Assembly: GCA_037721545.1 (NCBI GenBank)
Contig: JBBJOK010000001.1
Span: 1-45,898, forward strand
Source: Chitinophagaceae bacterium
GTDB taxonomy: Bacteria > Bacteroidota > Bacteroidia > Chitinophagales > Chitinophagaceae
Length of the DNA: 45,898 nucleotides
Reading direction: 5' to 3'
Both the position numbers and the translations under genes were made by a program. Position 1 is the stretch's first letter; each line of letters begins with the position of its first letter. Positions 29,131-38,577 of the stretch are shown here, in pieces. A model generated the notes under the pieces. That model did not search any database and was not told the origin of the DNA. It saw only the letters and a list, made by a program, of their open reading frames with translations.

Positions 29131-29164
29131 AAAAGGCGGTGGGTTTTCATCGCCTTTTATTTTG
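29131..29164 (+). terminator. Rho-independent terminator
   Basis: AAAAGGCGGTG / CATCGCCTTTT stem followed by a T-rich tract. Confidence 0.75.
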
Positions 29165-29264
29165 TGTACTTTTTTAATCTTTGACAAAAGAAGGGTATGC
29201 TTACAACAATAGTATTTGCAAAAGCAGGACGAGACACAATCAGACACTCTAATAAATTAACGAT

Positions 29265-30692
29265 ATGACATTCAGTAGAGAAATAGAATCCTTCATCAAC
29301 AATTATGTAAAAGCTTTAAAAGAAAAAAATTCAGTTGTATTTGCAGGAGCAGGTATGTCTGTTTCACAAGGTTTTTTTGACTGGCAAAAACTTTTAAAAC
29401 CGATAGCTGAAAAGCTTGGCTTAGACATTGAAGAGGAGAAACATGACCTAACAGCTTTAGCACAATATTTTGTTGATAACCACGGCGGGGTTAGAGGCGA
29501 ACTTGACCAGATTCTTATTGAAGAATATGGCAAATCAAATTTAGCCGTTTCAGACATCCATAGAATTTTGGCACGACTCCCAATTCAGATTTATTGGACA
29601 ACAAACTATGACCGACTAATTGAGAAAGCACTTTTGGAAGAAGGTAAAACTCCTGACATTAAAAAAGCACAATCAGATTTAACTGTTAACCTTCCAAAAA
29701 GAGATGCTATCATCTACAAGATGCATGGCGATATAGAAACTGTTTCAGAAACAGTTCTAACCAAGCATGAATACGAAGATTACAATAAAAACAGAGAATT
29801 ATTTAGCAATGCTTTTAAAAGTGATTATGTTTCAAGAACGTTTCTTTTTATCGGATTTAGTTTCACAGACCCTAATCTTGACTATTTAATTAGCCGTATT
29901 AGAACTACACTAGGGCAAAACATAAAACCTGACTACTATTTTATAAAAAAAGATGCTACCGTTAAAAATCAACATAGGCAAGAATTAAGGGCAAATTCCT
30001 TAAAGAAATATGGACTTAATCCATTATGGATAAATGATTATCCTGAGATAATAACAATTTTGAAAGAAATTGAGTCTAGATTTTCCAGGACTACAATTCT
30101 AATTTCAGGTAGTGCAGAAGAGTATGGAATTTTTGGAGAAAAAAGAGCAACAGAATTTTTGCATGATCTAAGTAAATCTTTATCCCATAGTTCATACAAA
30201 ATACTAACTGGCTTTGGTTGGGGTGTAGGTAGTGCCGTTATTAATGGAGTTCTTGAAAATATGGAAACAGAGAGAAACCAAAATATGGATAATTATTTAA
30301 TAATGCGACCTTTTCCACAATTTGAGACTAAGGGCAAAAATTTAAAAGAGCTGTGGGCAGACTATAGAAAGAAATTTATTCCTTTAGCAGGAATAGCAAT
30401 TTTTGTATTTGGGAACAGAAAAAATAAAGCGAGTGGACTAATTGAAGAAGGAACAGGGGTAGTCGATGAATTTGAAATTGCAGTTCAAAATGGAGTGCTC
30501 GTTATTCCAATTGGAGCTACTGGATTCGTTGCGAAAAAATTGTGGGATAAAGTTATTAATTCTTTTGATCAATATTTTCCAAAACATGGAAACCTAATAG
30601 ATGACTTTAAACTACTGGGTGACGAGAATTTAAATAATGAAATTATTATTCAAACAACTATAAAATTAATTAACAACTTAAACTCCAAATAA
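29265..30692 (+). CDS. thsA: Thoeris type I effector, SIR2 NADase + SLOG domain
   Basis: FAGAGMS, WTTNYD, YKMHGD, FIGFSFTDPN; SLOG region ISGSA, TGFGWGVG, RPFPQ, FGNRK, GVVDEF, IPIGATG. Confidence 0.92.
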   Translation: MTFSREIESFINNYVKALKEKNSVVFAGAGMSVSQGFFDWQKLLKPIAEKLGLDIEEEKHDLTALAQYFVDNHGGVRGELDQILIEEYGKSNLAVSDIHRILARLPIQIYWTTNYDRLIEKALLEEGKTPDIKKAQSDLTVNLPKRDAIIYKMHGDIETVSETVLTKHEYEDYNKNRELFSNAFKSDYVSRTFLFIGFSFTDPNLDYLISRIRTTLGQNIKPDYYFIKKDATVKNQHRQELRANSLKKYGLNPLWINDYPEIITILKEIESRFSRTTILISGSAEEYGIFGEKRATEFLHDLSKSLSHSSYKILTGFGWGVGSAVINGVLENMETERNQNMDNYLIMRPFPQFETKGKNLKELWADYRKKFIPLAGIAIFVFGNRKNKASGLIEEGTGVVDEFEIAVQNGVLVIPIGATGFVAKKLWDKVINSFDQYFPKHGNLIDDFKLLGDENLNNEIIIQTTIKLINNLNSK

Positions 30693-30693
30693 C

Positions 30694-31179
30694 ATGGCAA
30701 TTAAAAGGCAAATATTTTACAGTTTTCACTATTTTAATGATGTATTCCGTGTTCAGCAAATAAGAAACATGGGTTCTTTAGAAGACAATAAATCAGTCTC
30801 ACACAATGAATGGGAAACAATAAAAAACGGTGGTGACAAAGCAATAGAAAAATGGATAAATGATACTATGAGCTACAGAAGTTGCGTTGTTGTGTTAATT
30901 GGGACTGAAACATATAAAAGACCTTGGGTAAAATACGAAATAAAAAAAGCATGGGATGATGGTAAAGGCGTATTAGGTATACATATAAATAACTTAAAAG
31001 ATCCCAAAACAGGAACTTGTTCAAAAGGTACAAATCCATTTGACCAGTTTACTTTCAAGGACAATAAAGGCAACATCAAAACAATACCTTGTAAAACCCC
31101 ATCCTCTACGGACACATATAGCGATATTAAAAACAATATTGAAAATTGGGTTGAAGAAGCAATAAAGAACAGGCAATAG
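30694..31179 (+). CDS. thsB: Thoeris TIR-domain sensor (DUF1863-type)
   Basis: IFYSFHY..DVFRVQQIRN, SCVVVLIG, RPWVKYEI (catalytic Glu), GKGVLGI; 1 bp after thsA. Confidence 0.92.
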   Translation: MAIKRQIFYSFHYFNDVFRVQQIRNMGSLEDNKSVSHNEWETIKNGGDKAIEKWINDTMSYRSCVVVLIGTETYKRPWVKYEIKKAWDDGKGVLGIHINNLKDPKTGTCSKGTNPFDQFTFKDNKGNIKTIPCKTPSSTDTYSDIKNNIENWVEEAIKNRQ

Positions 31180-31298
31180 TTAAGCACGAACGCACAAGAA
31201 AAGGTTGAGAAAATTGGTTTGTCTCCACGATCAACATCTATATGCATAGAAAGAGTCATGTATATACAGAATTAAAATCTAAAAAATTTCTGTAGTTC

Positions 31299-31562
31299 CT
31301 ACTTGTTCTTTGGCTTTAATGTGGCAAATGATTCTGAATTAAAGAAATCGCTTAATGTCATATTATTTTCTACACAGAATTTATTTATAGTATATATGCT
31401 TGCTCCTTTACCTCTTTCATTTTTGCTATATGACTGTTTATCTCTTCCAGATGAATGAGCGAAATTTTGCTGGGTGGTACCCGTCTTCTGTCGTATATCC
31501 TTAAAACGTGCCGCAATTGCAGATTTTAATTTGAGATCAATATTATCCAATTTAGCAGGCAT
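31299..31562 (-). CDS. Xre-family HTH regulator
   Basis: RFKDIRQKTGTTQQNFAH...KQSYSKNERGKG...LSDFF. Confidence 0.8.
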   Translation of the reverse strand: MPAKLDNIDLKLKSAIAARFKDIRQKTGTTQQNFAHSSGRDKQSYSKNERGKGASIYTINKFCVENNMTLSDFFNSESFATLKPKNK

Positions 31563-31627
31563 GATGCAAACTGGAGATAAATAAAAAATATTAGGTAAGC
31601 CATATAGACTATTTATAAAAATATCTT

Positions 31628-31635
31628 TACTTTTG
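31628..31635 (+). promoter_or_regulatory. Bacteroidota -7 promoter box
   Basis: TACTTTTG matches TAnnTTTG, about 50 bp upstream of the long hairpin. Confidence 0.5.
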
Positions 31636-31688
31636 CTAATAACTTATTTTTGCGAATCTTCATAAACTGATTGAAGCTTTCGCTTGGA

Positions 31689-31812
31689 GTCTCGCTATTG
31701 AAACGTCGGAAATTTCAAAGTCACGAGATGATAAGCAAGGGCTCACGTTTAGGCGTGGGCTCCCTTATTCGTGACTAGGCCTCCGACGGCCTCAATAGCG
31801 GTAAGTGGAGAC
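31689..31812 (+). ncRNA. Candidate structured RNA / leader (six nested helices)
   Basis: GTCTC/GAGAC, CGCTATTGA/TCAATAGCG, CGTCGGA/TCCGACG, AGTCACGA/TCGTGACT, ATAAG/CTTAT, GGGCTCACG/CGTGGGCTC in nested order. Confidence 0.55.
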
Positions 31813-31870
31813 CTGCGCCTTCTTTTGCATAACTCCTGACTCCAAAATCATTTTTAAATGGATAAGGAAG

Positions 31871-32449
31871 TTGCAAAAGCCAATTACAGAAGAAGATGCA
31901 TACATAGCCTTATTATCAGGCAATGAGAGAGGTCTTGACTTTTTCTTTAATCGTTATTATTCTCCATTAATATTTTATTCAAACTCACTTACAAATAGTC
32001 ATAGCGTAGCCCAGGAGATTACATCAGAAGCTTTCGTAAAACTTTGGAAAGTGAAGGAAACAATTGAAGACTGGCGCAAGGTTAGGTTTTTGTTATACCG
32101 GATTGTTTATAATGCATCAATAGATTTTTTAAGGGAGCAAAAAACACTTAAGCGAAATAAAAAAGACTTGTATTATAGAACAGAGCAGAATGAGATACCA
32201 TCGGTATATAAACTTATTGAAGTTGAAACATATAACCAGTTGTATTTGCTTCTTCAAAATCTTCCTCCGAGAGCAAGGCAAATATTCAGAATGTTTTATT
32301 TTGAAAATAAGTCTATAAAGCAAATAGCCCACGAAATAGGTATTTCGGTAAATACAGTTAAAACCCAAAAACAAAGAGCTATTAAAACTTTAAGAGATTA
32401 TCAAAGCACTTTGCATATTATTATCATTTTCTCCCTCATTTTTATCTAA
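31871..32449 (+). CDS. ECF RNA polymerase sigma-70 factor
   Basis: AQEITSEAFVKLW, LYRIVYNASIDFLR, LPPRARQIF...IAHEIGISVNTVKTQKQRA; TTG at 31871 preferred because the track start (GTG 31805) lies inside the hairpin. Confidence 0.9.
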   Translation: MQKPITEEDAYIALLSGNERGLDFFFNRYYSPLIFYSNSLTNSHSVAQEITSEAFVKLWKVKETIEDWRKVRFLLYRIVYNASIDFLREQKTLKRNKKDLYYRTEQNEIPSVYKLIEVETYNQLYLLLQNLPPRARQIFRMFYFENKSIKQIAHEIGISVNTVKTQKQRAIKTLRDYQSTLHIIIIFSLIFI

Positions 32450-32539
32450 AACTCCATCACCTTGTCACCCCGGTCTTTCTATTTCACGTATTGGCAATAT
32501 ATATCTTTTAGTAATGATCATTTGTTCTAACTTAACTAT

Positions 32540-33742
32540 ATGAATGAATCGCCATTAAGCCATGATGAAAACCTTGAGAAAGCAGATAGGATTGCATATC
32601 TTATTGCAGGCCACATTCGTGGAGCTCTGACTGAACCTGAAAAAGATGAATTAGATGAGTGGATTGTAGAATCTGATGAAAACCTGGAACTGTTTGAAAA
32701 GTTGATTGATGAAGACAATATAGAAATGGAAATGCAAAAGCACTTACGAATGGAAAAAGAAAAAGCAGAAGCTTTAGCAGGTGTGAAAGAAACAATTGGT
32801 TTAAAACATAAAGGCAGTTTGCATAAGATATGGCCTTATCTGGTTGCTGCCTCAGTTTTAGTTATTGCATTCAGCTTGTACATTTTTAAGAATGATAATT
32901 CAGAAAGAAAAAATGAAAATTCGATTGCTCATACGATTAAGAATGATAAAAATCCTGGTTCTGATAAAGCCGTCCTTACCCTATCTGACGGCAGAACCAT
33001 TATCCTCGACTCCACCACTGCCGGTGTATTGGCAAATGAAGGAGATATAACTATAAAGAGTGGAACTAATGGTGAAATTATTTACGATGGACAGAATGAT
33101 GAATTGAAATACAACCTTGTATCTACTCCTCGTGGTGGACAGTATAAACTAATGCTTGGAGATGGAACCAAAGTATGGCTTAATGCAGAGAGTTCCTTAA
33201 AATTTCCGGCGGGCTTTGCTACCACTGTTAGAGAAGTTGAACTAAGAGGCGAAGGTTATTTTGAAGTTGCAAAGAATGAACGCACATTTAAAGTAACTAT
33301 CCTTGCCCCTTCAGGCGATAAAGGGATAGTAGAAGTGTTAGGAACTCATTTTAATGTAAATGGTTACGGCGATAAAGAAACGTTACAAACTACACTACTA
33401 GAAGGTTCTGTAAGAGTTATAAAGGATGGGAAGCACAAGGTTCTTAAGCCTGGCGAAAAAGCCTTCTTTAACAATGAAATTAAAGTGGTAAAAGCTGATG
33501 TAAATGAAGAAATAGCGTGGAAAAATGGAAAATTTTTATTTAGAGATGCAACAATTAAATCGATAGGTGAACAGATTAAAAGATGGTTTGATATTGATGT
33601 GGAGTATGAGGGAAAGGTTTTGCAGCACTTCAATATGGAAGTTAGCAGAGATGTACCCTTATCAAGGCTATTGGAATTATTTGAGGCAACAGACCAAGTA
33701 CATTTTAAGCTGGGTGAAAAAAAATTAATTATTAAACCGTAA
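32540..33742 (+). CDS. fecR: FecR-family anti-sigma factor
   Basis: ELDEW, TM YLVAASVL, TPRGGQY..LGDGTKVWLNAESSL, GEGYFEV, VLGTHFNV, AWKNGKF. Confidence 0.92.
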   Translation: MNESPLSHDENLEKADRIAYLIAGHIRGALTEPEKDELDEWIVESDENLELFEKLIDEDNIEMEMQKHLRMEKEKAEALAGVKETIGLKHKGSLHKIWPYLVAASVLVIAFSLYIFKNDNSERKNENSIAHTIKNDKNPGSDKAVLTLSDGRTIILDSTTAGVLANEGDITIKSGTNGEIIYDGQNDELKYNLVSTPRGGQYKLMLGDGTKVWLNAESSLKFPAGFATTVREVELRGEGYFEVAKNERTFKVTILAPSGDKGIVEVLGTHFNVNGYGDKETLQTTLLEGSVRVIKDGKHKVLKPGEKAFFNNEIKVVKADVNEEIAWKNGKFLFRDATIKSIGEQIKRWFDIDVEYEGKVLQHFNMEVSRDVPLSRLLELFEATDQVHFKLGEKKLIIKP

Positions 33743-33773
33743 GGTTTACGATAGCGTTTAACTCAAAGAAAAA

Positions 33774-33856
33774 CCGCTCCCATTAGCAGTGGAAGCGGAA
33801 AGATTCATGGGTTAATCCTGTAACAGCAATCGGGTAGATTGTTATTTATTAACCCA
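33774..33856 (+). promoter_or_regulatory. Two stem-loops in the fecR-susC leader
   Basis: CCGCTCCCA/TGGAAGCGG (33774-33798); TGGGTTAAT/ATTAACCCA (33808-33856) with inner AGCAATC/GATTGTT. Confidence 0.55.
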
Positions 33857-33870
33857 AACAATTCAAAGCT

Positions 33871-36800
33871 ATGCAAATGACTGTACACGGCAAAAAACAA
33901 CCTATGCACAAGAGAAAAACTATCGCAGGTATCTTTCTTCTCTTTATCTTAATTCTATTTTCTTCTTCCGCATTCTCACAAAACATTTCAATTTCATTAA
34001 GAAGAGTAACTTTAGAAAAAGCCTTTCGCGAAATAGAAAAGAAAACGGATCATCGCTTTGTTTACACTAAAGAAATGGCAGAACAAGGCAACCCGGTTAC
34101 AGTTGACGTGAAGAATGTTCCTCTACAAAAACTCTTAAACCAAATTTTTGCAAGACAGCCGCTTGAGTTTAGGTTGGATAATAACTTTATAACGATAAGA
34201 TTTAAGCCTAGCCCTACCCCTCCCGTAAGCACTGCATCTATAAAAAGAGATGTTCAGGGCAGGATACTAAATGAAAGCAAGGAACCAATAACAGGCGCTT
34301 CGGTACAAGTAAAAGGCTCCGCTATAGCAAATGCAACCGATGATAAAGGATGGTTTTTATTGAAAGGAATAGATGAAAATGCGATATTACTCATTAGCAG
34401 TATCGGTTATTTAAAAAAAGAAATTTCCTTGAATGGCCGAAGCAGCATTGAAGTAATGCTATCTGTATTTATAACCTCTTTAGATGAAACTGTTGTAATT
34501 GCGTATGGAACTACTACTAAAAGATTGAATACAGGAAGTGTGTCAAAAGTTCATGGAGAGCAAATTGAAAAGCAACCGGTATCAAATCCTATAGCTGCAC
34601 TGGCAGGAAGAGTGCCAGGTCTTTTTATCACTCAATCCAACGGTCTTCCAGGGTCCGCTTTTAAGGTTCAGATTAGAGGGCAGAATTCCCTTCAGCAAGG
34701 CAATGAGCCTTTGTATATTGTTGATGGGGTTCCATTCATTTCGGATGCATTGGTTCAACGAAGTGGCTTATCAGCCAATAATCCGCTTAATACTTTAAAT
34801 CCCGCGGATGTTGAAAGTATAGAAATATTGAAAGATGCTGATGCTACTGCAATTTATGGTTCAAGGGGAGCTAATGGTGTAATTCTCATCACTACAAAAA
34901 AAGCAGCTTATGGAAAAGCAAGGTTAGACATTAGCAGTTATACAGGGTTTGGTAAGGCGAGCCGTTTAATGAGTTTGATGAACACTCAAGAATACCTGAT
35001 GATGAGAAGGGAAGCATTTTTAAATGATGGAGTCACTCCGTCGGCTTCAAATGCTTATGACCTTCTTTCGTGGGATACTACACGATACACAAACTGGCAA
35101 AAGCTTTTGGTTGGTGGTACTGCCCACTCAACCAATACTGATATTCGTTTTTCGGCAGGAACAGTTAATACTCGTTTTTCATTTGGAGCAAATTATTATA
35201 AAGAAAATACTGTGTTTCCAGGTGATAATTCTGGCGAAAGAATCGCTTTTAATCTCAATAGCCTGCATACATCTTCAGATAATAAGTTTAATGCTTCTAT
35301 CACTGCAAATTATGGGTCGGATAAAAATGATTTGCCACGACAAGACCTGACATCTTTTATTCTTCTCCCGCCAAATACTCCTGTTCTATATGATAGCTTA
35401 GGAAAACTGAACTGGAGAGAAAAAGGATTTTCTTTTGATAATCCCTTAGCAAAACTGGAGCAAACATATAAAGGCGTTACAGATATGCTTACTACCAATG
35501 CATCAATTAGCTACCGGTTTCTTCCGTGGTTGAAAATAAAATCTTTGTTTGGCTATAACACTATTCAGCTTAATGAACTTTCTACTTTCCCCGTTAGCTC
35601 CCAAGACCCTCAATTACTACCTACTGGTTCTTCGTCTATCGCAAATAACCAGGTCAAAAGCTGGATTATTGAACCGCAAGCAGAGGCTTCTACATCAATT
35701 GGCAAGAAAGGCAAGCTTAATGTTTTGATAGGAATAACAATGCATGATAAGAGAAACAGGAGCACAATACTTGATGGTTCTGGCTTTACAAATGATTATT
35801 TAATTGAGGCTGTTGCTTCGGCACCAGTGATAAAAACTAAAAACGATTTAATACATTATAAATATAGGGCTATCTATGGAAGGTTAAACTATAATTGGGA
35901 TACTAAATATTTGCTTAACCTGACGGGACGCAGAGATGGATCAAGCCGTTTTGGTCCAGGAAATCAGTTTGCAAATTTTGGAGCTATTGGAGCAGGGTGG
36001 ATCTTTTCAAAAGAAACTTTCATTAATAACAAGTTTAAGTTTTTAAGTTTTGGAAAACTAAGGTCAAGCATTGGTACTACAGGCAATGATCAAATCGGAA
36101 ACTATCAATATCTTGATAGTTGGTCATCCAGTCTATATCCTTATCAGGGTCAATCTTCACTTGAGCCCACCCGATTGTTTAATGCAGATTATAGTTGGGA
36201 GCTAACCCGTAAATGGGAAATGGCGATGGAAACAGGATTTTTTGACAACAAAATTTTATTCAATATTAATTACTACTTAAGTCGTACAGAAAATCAAATC
36301 GTTTATTACCCTGTTCCAACCCAAACTGGCTTTAGCAATATCTTGAAAAATTTTCCGGGAGTTGTCCAAAATAAAGGCTGGGAGTTTGAAGTGAATACAT
36401 ATAATATTCGGCGCCCATTATTCACATGGACATCATCTCTAAACCTAACATTACCAAAAAACATGCTATTAAAGTTTCCTGGATTAGAGAATACCACTTA
36501 CGCAAACAGCTATAGAATCGGTGAGCCAATTAATGTCCGTTTAGGCTATCGCTTTTTAGGTGTTGACCCAATGACTGGTTTATATAAATTAGAGGATATT
36601 GATAAAGATGGACGAATGGATGCAAAAGATTATGTAGTCTTGGGGAATACTAATCCTCAGTATTACGGTGGGTTTCAGAATTCATTTTTCTATAAAGGAT
36701 GGGAATTAAGTTTCCTCATGCAGTTTGTAAATCAGAAAGGGTTAAACCCAACTTACAGATCAAACAATGCAGGAGGAATTAGTAATCAATCCATACACGT

Positions 36801-37131
36801 TTTAGAACGATGGAAGAATTCAGGTGATAATGCTTTATATCAAAAGTATTCGCAAGGCACAGGTGCAGCTTCTACAGCAGCTTTTCTTATTGCTGATTCA
36901 GATGCAACACTTACCGATGCATCTTACATAAGATTAAAGACAGCTTCGTTGACCTATTCGTTACCTCAAACTTTTGCAAAAAAACTGAAGATGGAATATT
37001 GTAGGTTTTTTGTGCGGGGACAGAACTTATTTGTCATTACTAACTATGTAGGCAGTGATCCGGAAAGCCAGACCCTGACAGCATTACCACCATTGCGAAT
37101 GATCGCTTCTGGTTTACAATTATCATTTTAA
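33871..37131 (+). CDS. susC: SusC/RagA-family TonB-dependent transporter with N-terminal STN signalling domain
   Basis: LDETVVIAYG, PLYIVDGVP, IEILKDADATAIYGSRGANGVILITTK, RRDGSSRFG, terminal Phe. Confidence 0.95.
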   Translation: MQMTVHGKKQPMHKRKTIAGIFLLFILILFSSSAFSQNISISLRRVTLEKAFREIEKKTDHRFVYTKEMAEQGNPVTVDVKNVPLQKLLNQIFARQPLEFRLDNNFITIRFKPSPTPPVSTASIKRDVQGRILNESKEPITGASVQVKGSAIANATDDKGWFLLKGIDENAILLISSIGYLKKEISLNGRSSIEVMLSVFITSLDETVVIAYGTTTKRLNTGSVSKVHGEQIEKQPVSNPIAALAGRVPGLFITQSNGLPGSAFKVQIRGQNSLQQGNEPLYIVDGVPFISDALVQRSGLSANNPLNTLNPADVESIEILKDADATAIYGSRGANGVILITTKKAAYGKARLDISSYTGFGKASRLMSLMNTQEYLMMRREAFLNDGVTPSASNAYDLLSWDTTRYTNWQKLLVGGTAHSTNTDIRFSAGTVNTRFSFGANYYKENTVFPGDNSGERIAFNLNSLHTSSDNKFNASITANYGSDKNDLPRQDLTSFILLPPNTPVLYDSLGKLNWREKGFSFDNPLAKLEQTYKGVTDMLTTNASISYRFLPWLKIKSLFGYNTIQLNELSTFPVSSQDPQLLPTGSSSIANNQVKSWIIEPQAEASTSIGKKGKLNVLIGITMHDKRNRSTILDGSGFTNDYLIEAVASAPVIKTKNDLIHYKYRAIYGRLNYNWDTKYLLNLTGRRDGSSRFGPGNQFANFGAIGAGWIFSKETFINNKFKFLSFGKLRSSIGTTGNDQIGNYQYLDSWSSSLYPYQGQSSLEPTRLFNADYSWELTRKWEMAMETGFFDNKILFNINYYLSRTENQIVYYPVPTQTGFSNILKNFPGVVQNKGWEFEVNTYNIRRPLFTWTSSLNLTLPKNMLLKFPGLENTTYANSYRIGEPINVRLGYRFLGVDPMTGLYKLEDIDKDGRMDAKDYVVLGNTNPQYYGGFQNSFFYKGWELSFLMQFVNQKGLNPTYRSNNAGGISNQSIHVLERWKNSGDNALYQKYSQGTGAASTAAFLIADSDATLTDASYIRLKTASLTYSLPQTFAKKLKMEYCRFFVRGQNLFVITNYVGSDPESQTLTALPPLRMIASGLQLSF

Positions 37132-37141
37132 ACGATTTTAT

Positions 37142-38545
37142 ATGAAACAATTCAAACTAATTTTACAAGCAAAAAAAAGTAAGGTATTAATCTTATTCGT
37201 TGTACTCCTGTTCGGATCCTCCTGTAAAAAAGATTTGAAAATTGATCCCCCAATCAATCAATTAAACAGTCAACTTGTTTTTAGTAGTGACAACACAGCT
37301 ACATCTGCAGTTACTGGAATATATAGCACCATGATGGCCACAAACGAGCAGGTGTACAATAGCGCCTTAACCTTATACGGAGGACTGTCTGCAGATGAAC
37401 TGTATTATTTCACACCCAATTATACGGATGAGCTATATACCAATCAACTTTCTATTGCAAGCCATAGCATGATAGAAAGGAATATCTGGACACCTTCTTA
37501 TAAATATATTTATATGGCTAATGCCTGTATAGAAGGTATTGCTTCTTCCACTGCTTTGTCGCCTGCAATAAAAAACAGACTAAGAGGAGAGGCTAAATTT
37601 ATTAGAGCTTTCTGCTTTTTTACCTTGGTTAATCTGTTCGGAGATGTTCCATTAACTCTCTCAACAAATCCGGGAATCAACAGTACATCGGCAAGATCCC
37701 CTAAAACAAATGTTTACGATCAAATTATTAATGATCTTGAGGAATCAGTTAATTTATTGCCGGAAAGTTATGCTACTACAGAAAGAGTAAGGCCAAACAA
37801 ATGGGCTGCCGAGGCACTATTAGCAAGGGTGTATCTATATAACAAGGAATGGGCAAAGGCTGAAACTAAAGCTACCACGGTAATTAATGCAGGTCCATAT
37901 ATGCTTTTACCCAATCCAAATGATGTTTTTCTTGGAAGCAGTAAAGAAGCTATCTGGCAATTGAAGCCGGTAAATCCATCAAGAAATACCTATGAGGGGA
38001 GAATGATTTTGCCATCCACTTCAAGCGCACAACCGATTTACTTGCTTACTTCGGGGCAGGTATCTGCTTTTGAAAAAGGAGACCTTAGAAAATCTTCGTG
38101 GGCAAAGGCCCAGACTTTTTCTGGACAAACTTATTACTATCCCTATAAATATAAAGTAAGAGGAGCGGCTGGTATTCCCATTACGGAGTATTATATGGTC
38201 TTGCGCCTTGCCGAGCAATATCTTATTCGTGCTGAAGCAAGAGCACAACTAAATAATTTAATTGGAGCTATAAATGATGTAAACAAAATTAGAAATCGTT
38301 CCGGTCTTATCAATGTTAATCCCATAGATCAGATTTCGATGCTGCTGGCAGTAGAACAGGAAAGAAGAGTCGAATTATTCTCCGAATTGGCGCACAGGTG
38401 GTTTGACTTGAAACGGACCGAAAAGGCTAATTCTATTTTGAGCCCTTTAAAGGGAACCAACTGGCAATTTACTGATCAACTTTGGCCTATTCCTCAAGAT
38501 CAGATTAATCTTAATCCTGCTTTAACTCAAAATCCGGGTTATTGA
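37142..38545 (+). CDS. susD: SusD/RagB-family lipoprotein
   Basis: Lipobox-like GSSC, GEAKFIRA..LVNLFGDVP, RLAEQYLIRAEA, ERRVELF..HRWFDLKR, TQNPGY. Confidence 0.95.
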   Translation: MKQFKLILQAKKSKVLILFVVLLFGSSCKKDLKIDPPINQLNSQLVFSSDNTATSAVTGIYSTMMATNEQVYNSALTLYGGLSADELYYFTPNYTDELYTNQLSIASHSMIERNIWTPSYKYIYMANACIEGIASSTALSPAIKNRLRGEAKFIRAFCFFTLVNLFGDVPLTLSTNPGINSTSARSPKTNVYDQIINDLEESVNLLPESYATTERVRPNKWAAEALLARVYLYNKEWAKAETKATTVINAGPYMLLPNPNDVFLGSSKEAIWQLKPVNPSRNTYEGRMILPSTSSAQPIYLLTSGQVSAFEKGDLRKSSWAKAQTFSGQTYYYPYKYKVRGAAGIPITEYYMVLRLAEQYLIRAEARAQLNNLIGAINDVNKIRNRSGLINVNPIDQISMLLAVEQERRVELFSELAHRWFDLKRTEKANSILSPLKGTNWQFTDQLWPIPQDQINLNPALTQNPGY

Positions 38546-38577
38546 CTAACTAATTATTCCATTCGTAAAACTTTTTT

